Shown here: positions 61,406 through 64,000 of the stretch, piece by piece
How positions within the stretch are numbered: the first letter of the stretch is position 1
Layout of the letters: each line of letters opens with the position of its first letter
NCBI RefSeq assembly: GCF_035084215.1
Contig: NC_090346.1
Location: 38,626,001 to 38,690,000 of the forward strand
DNA length: 64,000 nucleotides
Direction of reading: 5' to 3'
DNA from: Heptranchias perlo
Taxonomy: Eukaryota
The notes under the pieces: model-generated
What the model was told of the DNA's origin: nothing
Seen by the model: only the letters and a program-made list of their open reading frames with translations
Databases searched by the model: none
Program-made: the position numbers and the translations under genes

Positions 61406-62833
61406 GTCCCACTCCAGAGACTTGAGTACAAAATCTAGGCTGACACTTCAATGCAGTACTCAGGGAGGTTATCTGGTCATTGTTTCGTTGCTGTTTGTGG
61501 GAGCTTGCTGTACGTAAATTAGGCTGCCACATTTCCTACATTACAACAATGACTACACTAAAGAAAGTACTTCATTGGCTGTAGAGTGCCTTGGGGCGTC
61601 CTGAGGTGGTGAAAGTTTTCCTTTAAAAGATGCAGTGGTCTCTACTTCAGCTAGTTCATTGGTAAAGCATTCCATGCTGCAACAAACTTCTACATAAATA
61701 AATTTCTCCTGAACTCATTCCTCACTTTCTTAGTGATCATTTTAAATTGATGACCTTCTTATCACCGATTCCCCAACCAGATGACATCCTTCGTTATTTT
61801 CTCTATCAAAACCCTTTATAATTTTTAAAACTTCTATTAAATCTCCACTTAGATTTCACTGTTCCAGTGAAAATAGTCCCAGTGTCTCAGGTCTCACCTC
61901 ATAAGTGTAGTTTCCCATTCCTGGCATCATGCTGGTGAATCTACACTATACACTTTCTATGGCTTTAATGGTCATTTTATAATGAGTTTTTTTCCAAACT
62001 TTTTCTCACCTCCCAATATAGGGAAAAAAGAAGAAAGCATGTATTTAGATGGTTTTAAATTATTTAGGAGCAAATGCTTAGAAACGATAGGATAGATCAG
62101 ATTAGGCAGAAAAAGTAAAAATAAATAAATATATATAATATCTATAGTGTGTGTGTTATACACACATACATCAGACAGAGGGACCAGAGCAATAAACAAT
62201 GGCATGGGAACTTTTTATATATTGGATTATTTGTTATTTTTCATGGTGTGAAATTGTACTTTTATTATTTTAGGATGATTACATGACAGTGGAACAGCTA
62301 CTTCTGATTTAGGAACTTTGTTTCTGTAATATAGCTTTAGTGTTTCTTTTACCATCATAGCACACCAGCTGAAAATTTATAGAACCAATTTGCCCAAAGA
62401 GACAGGAGTTTCTCTGGATCAGTCAGTGGTATAAAGGTTAAAGTAAAATCTATATATGAGTTAATATTTTATATATGGTATGTGCAATATCTATGTATGA
62501 GGTATACTATCCAAAATCACTTCAATCTAAACCAGATGAATATCTTACACTAATGATTTATTTAAAACCTAGTTGAAAATTGTATAAGACACCTCCACAA
62601 ATGCCATTTGCATGCATTACAAAGAACAATTCAGATGGATTTCAAAGATATAATGCATTTTGGGTTAAGTTTGATAACTCTACTGTTGCCTTAGTTTAGT
62701 TCTAATATTCCTTTTGATTTTAAAAGAAACGGAAATTAAAAGAAGGAAATGAAAAGATAAAGAAAAGAAGAAAAGAAGATGGACATGAGAAAGAGAAGAA
62801 ATCTCAAAAATCTAAAATTTCCAAACAGGCTGG
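44030..62833 (+). CDS. UBN1: Ubinuclein-1 (HIRA complex H3.3 chaperone subunit), 5' part: 5 coding exons, continues beyond window
   Basis: join(44030-44242,54746-54841,56595-56690,60710-60853,62727-62833); NHRD (CPEFYYPEL) and HRD/HUN ([34 protein letters not shown]); UBN1 rather than UBN2 from head-to-head position with GLYR1. Confidence 0.92.
44795..45034. mobile_element. Penelope-like element remnant, second family: inverted pLTR pair with 17-bp TSD
   Basis: Arms ~44830-44925 and ~44944-45034 are imperfect reverse complements; atatcataaaactacat 44778-44794 vs atatcctaaaactacat 45033-45049. Confidence 0.8.
44941..44977 (+). ncRNA. Minimal type I hammerhead ribozyme motif
   Basis: AGUU-CUGACGA-A-AGGU-GUUCG-ACCU-GAAA-CG-UU-AACU. 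Confidence 0.7.
46590..46765 (+). mobile_element. CR1 3' end fragment
   Basis: tcatttaaggggaagctagataaacac...gccgaatggcctgtttct. Confidence 0.75.
47210..47406 (+). mobile_element. Penelope-like pLTR fragment with 5' 30-bp perfect inverted duplication
   Basis: 47210-47239 and 47261-47290 are exact reverse complements; 47316-47400 is homologous to 4723-4812. Confidence 0.75.
47316..47354 (+). ncRNA. Minimal type I hammerhead ribozyme motif (canonical CUGAUGA)
   Basis: UUCAC-CUGAUGA-A-GGAGG-AAG-CCUCC-GAAA-GC-UU-GUGAA; stems I and II fully Watson-Crick. Confidence 0.75.
47505..48545 (-). mobile_element. CR1 LINE RT fragment
   Basis: ORF 47505-48092: [37 protein letters not shown]. Confidence 0.92.
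50935..51460 (+). mobile_element. L2-type LINE 3' fragment
   Basis: [38 protein letters not shown]. Confidence 0.78.
54293..54520 (+). mobile_element. Penelope-like pLTR copy (same family as 44795-45034) with mutated hammerhead core
   Basis: 54401-54437 AGUU-CUGACAA-A-AGGU-CUUCC-ACCU-GAAA-CG-UU-AACU, followed by gcctcacttgctgagc..ccagcattttctg..ccagcatccgcag. Confidence 0.78.
54746..54841 (+). CDS. UBN1: UBN1 coding exon 2
   Basis: [32 protein letters not shown]; TAG/GTGAGT. Confidence 0.93.
56375..56442 (-). mobile_element. tRNA-derived SINE head fragment
   Basis: Minus strand TAGCTTAGTGTTAG (A box-like) and GGTTCGAACC (B box). Confidence 0.55.
56595..56690 (+). CDS. UBN1: UBN1 coding exon 3 (HRD)
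   Basis: [32 protein letters not shown]; TAG/GTAAGT. Confidence 0.96.
56725..56815 (+). mobile_element. SINE/L2-type 3' tail fragment
   Basis: acacttcaaaagta..tgtgaagcgctttaggacatcctgagg..tatataaatgcaa, homologous to 61550-61615. Confidence 0.65.
56817..57241. repeat. C-rich minisatellite / low-complexity tract
   Basis: Recurring ccccaggccgcctcgtt(t)c units separated by long C runs. Confidence 0.9.
58100..58520 (-). mobile_element. Very degenerate CR1-like 3' fragment
   Basis: taagaatatttaagaac tail-like start and weak parallels to the other CR1 3' ends. Confidence 0.4.
59310..59490 (-). mobile_element. CR1 3' end fragment
   Basis: agaaacaggcc..ggcccatcaagtctgtgccagtgttt, reverse complement of the 46590-46765 type. 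Confidence 0.65.
60710..60853 (+). CDS. UBN1: UBN1 coding exon 4 (HRD)
   Basis: [48 protein letters not shown]; TAG/GTGAGA. Confidence 0.96.
61015..61970 (-). mobile_element. CR1 3' fragments (61015-61160; 61180-61970, the latter interrupted by a SINE)
   Basis: Two CR1 tail starts; CR1 sequence resumes after 61615. Confidence 0.65.
61348..61615 (+). mobile_element. tRNA-derived SINE (SacSINE1/DeuSINE-like), internally deleted, nested in CR1
   Basis: A box TGGCTCAGTGG and B box GGTTCAAGTCC; tail homologous to 56725-56815. Confidence 0.8.
62727..62833 (+). CDS. UBN1: UBN1 coding exon 5 (Lys-rich)
   Basis: [35 protein letters not shown](G); AAG/GTAAGT. Confidence 0.92.
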
Positions 62834-64000
62834 GTAAGTCACGTGGGGTTTTAAGGATCTATTCAAGCCAGAGAAGCAACATACCAATATAAGTGCTTCT
62901 GTATTGAAATTGGAAGTGCCAACCTTTTACTTTGCTGTAGTCGTGCTAAAGTAAAATGATTGATGTTCTTTCCTGTCACTCTCCCAAACCTGGAGACAGG
63001 ATGAAGGAAAGTGGGATTGACTATTATGGTTTAATTCCATAATTGTTCAAATATAAACACTAAGGATGACACCGTATACTTTTAGCCCCAATATTCTGTG
63101 CCATTAAGTGTTAGGATGCTAGTTCGTAAACATCTACATACTGGATCTCAGTCACAAGCAGAGGTCAGTTATGACCTATGGGGAGATATGAGAAATTGGG
63201 CAAGTCCCACCAATGCTCTTTTGTGCAGCTCTTAGCAGGTTGCTTGTCCATTTTTTGTTACCCAGAGTTGGTGCATGGTATGGATGGAATTTCTTTTAAA
63301 AAGGAGTCTTGCCCTCAAAAATAAACTTTCTTTTTGGAATGGAGGAAGTTTTCTTTTTAGAAACTAGAGTAGTGTTAGCATAATCACTTGTTATATGTAA
63401 TATGTGCCCACAGAATACATTCTTTTTCCTGGCTAAGATTTTTCCTGTGTAATGTGGAGTCACGTATAATTGATTTTGGGGTAAATTTTCAATGTAAAAT
63501 GGTTTGTATTATAGGAATGTCAAAAATTCTGGTAATTGTAATGTACATTTTCAAAAGAACATTGACCTGCCCTTTCTAAGTCACTCTCTGGGTGTAGCTT
63601 CTTGGCTGTTCTTAGAGTTAATATGGTTGCTGAGAAAGCAGCTGCTCTACCTTAAATAACCGTTAGTTTGTGTAAATGTATCTGTTTTATAAACTGGACA
63701 CAGTAAGGTGGCATCTTAATCACAAAACGTTCTGCTCTTTTTGTCACCACTGCGTCATTTCCAGTTCCAACTCAATTGGTCACAATTCCAAACCACTCTG
63801 TCTTCAAAACTGTTCCTGGAAAAAAAAGAGAAAATTCAGTCTATAATCTTATCTTTTAAAGTGTGACATTTAATTAGGTACTAAGTTCTGAGTGCCCACC
63901 TAATATTTTGTATAGTTTTGAGTAAAAAATGAAAAACTTTCATTCCATCGGTGCAGGGTGTGTTTGAGGGAGGCCCCAGCGGTGAAAGGAGAAGGTTCAA

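Noticed and set aside
61348-61420. tRNA gene
   Set aside because: A/B boxes continue into SINE body and tail; a SINE head, not a tRNA locus

Overview
Eukaryotic, AT-rich vertebrate genomic DNA; the repeat content (CR1/L2 LINEs, tRNA-derived DeuSINE-like SINEs, Penelope-type elements) suggests a cartilaginous fish (inference). Three genes were reconstructed by hand from splice signals and recalled protein similarity. (1) ROGDI coding exon 1 on - (2065-2100) in a CpG island. (2) A complete 16-exon GLYR1/NPAC gene on - (43575 to 8557, 1518 nt, 505 aa). (3) The first five coding exons of UBN1 on + (44030-62833), which continues beyond the window. GLYR1 and UBN1 are head-to-head with 454 bp between start codons. 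The most notable non-coding signal is a set of four Penelope-like pLTR-derived insertions from two sequence families. Three contain long inverted repeats, two have 14-17 bp target-site duplications, and all carry a minimal type I hammerhead-ribozyme motif whose stems covary between copies. Other items are a triple-nested CR1 cluster forming a ~340-bp inverted repeat, a probable solo LTR, a Cys-rich uORF and several candidate cryptic or poison exons. Most ORFs in the supplied track are spurious or LINE remnants. Repeat boundaries are approximate; exon boundaries were read base by base.
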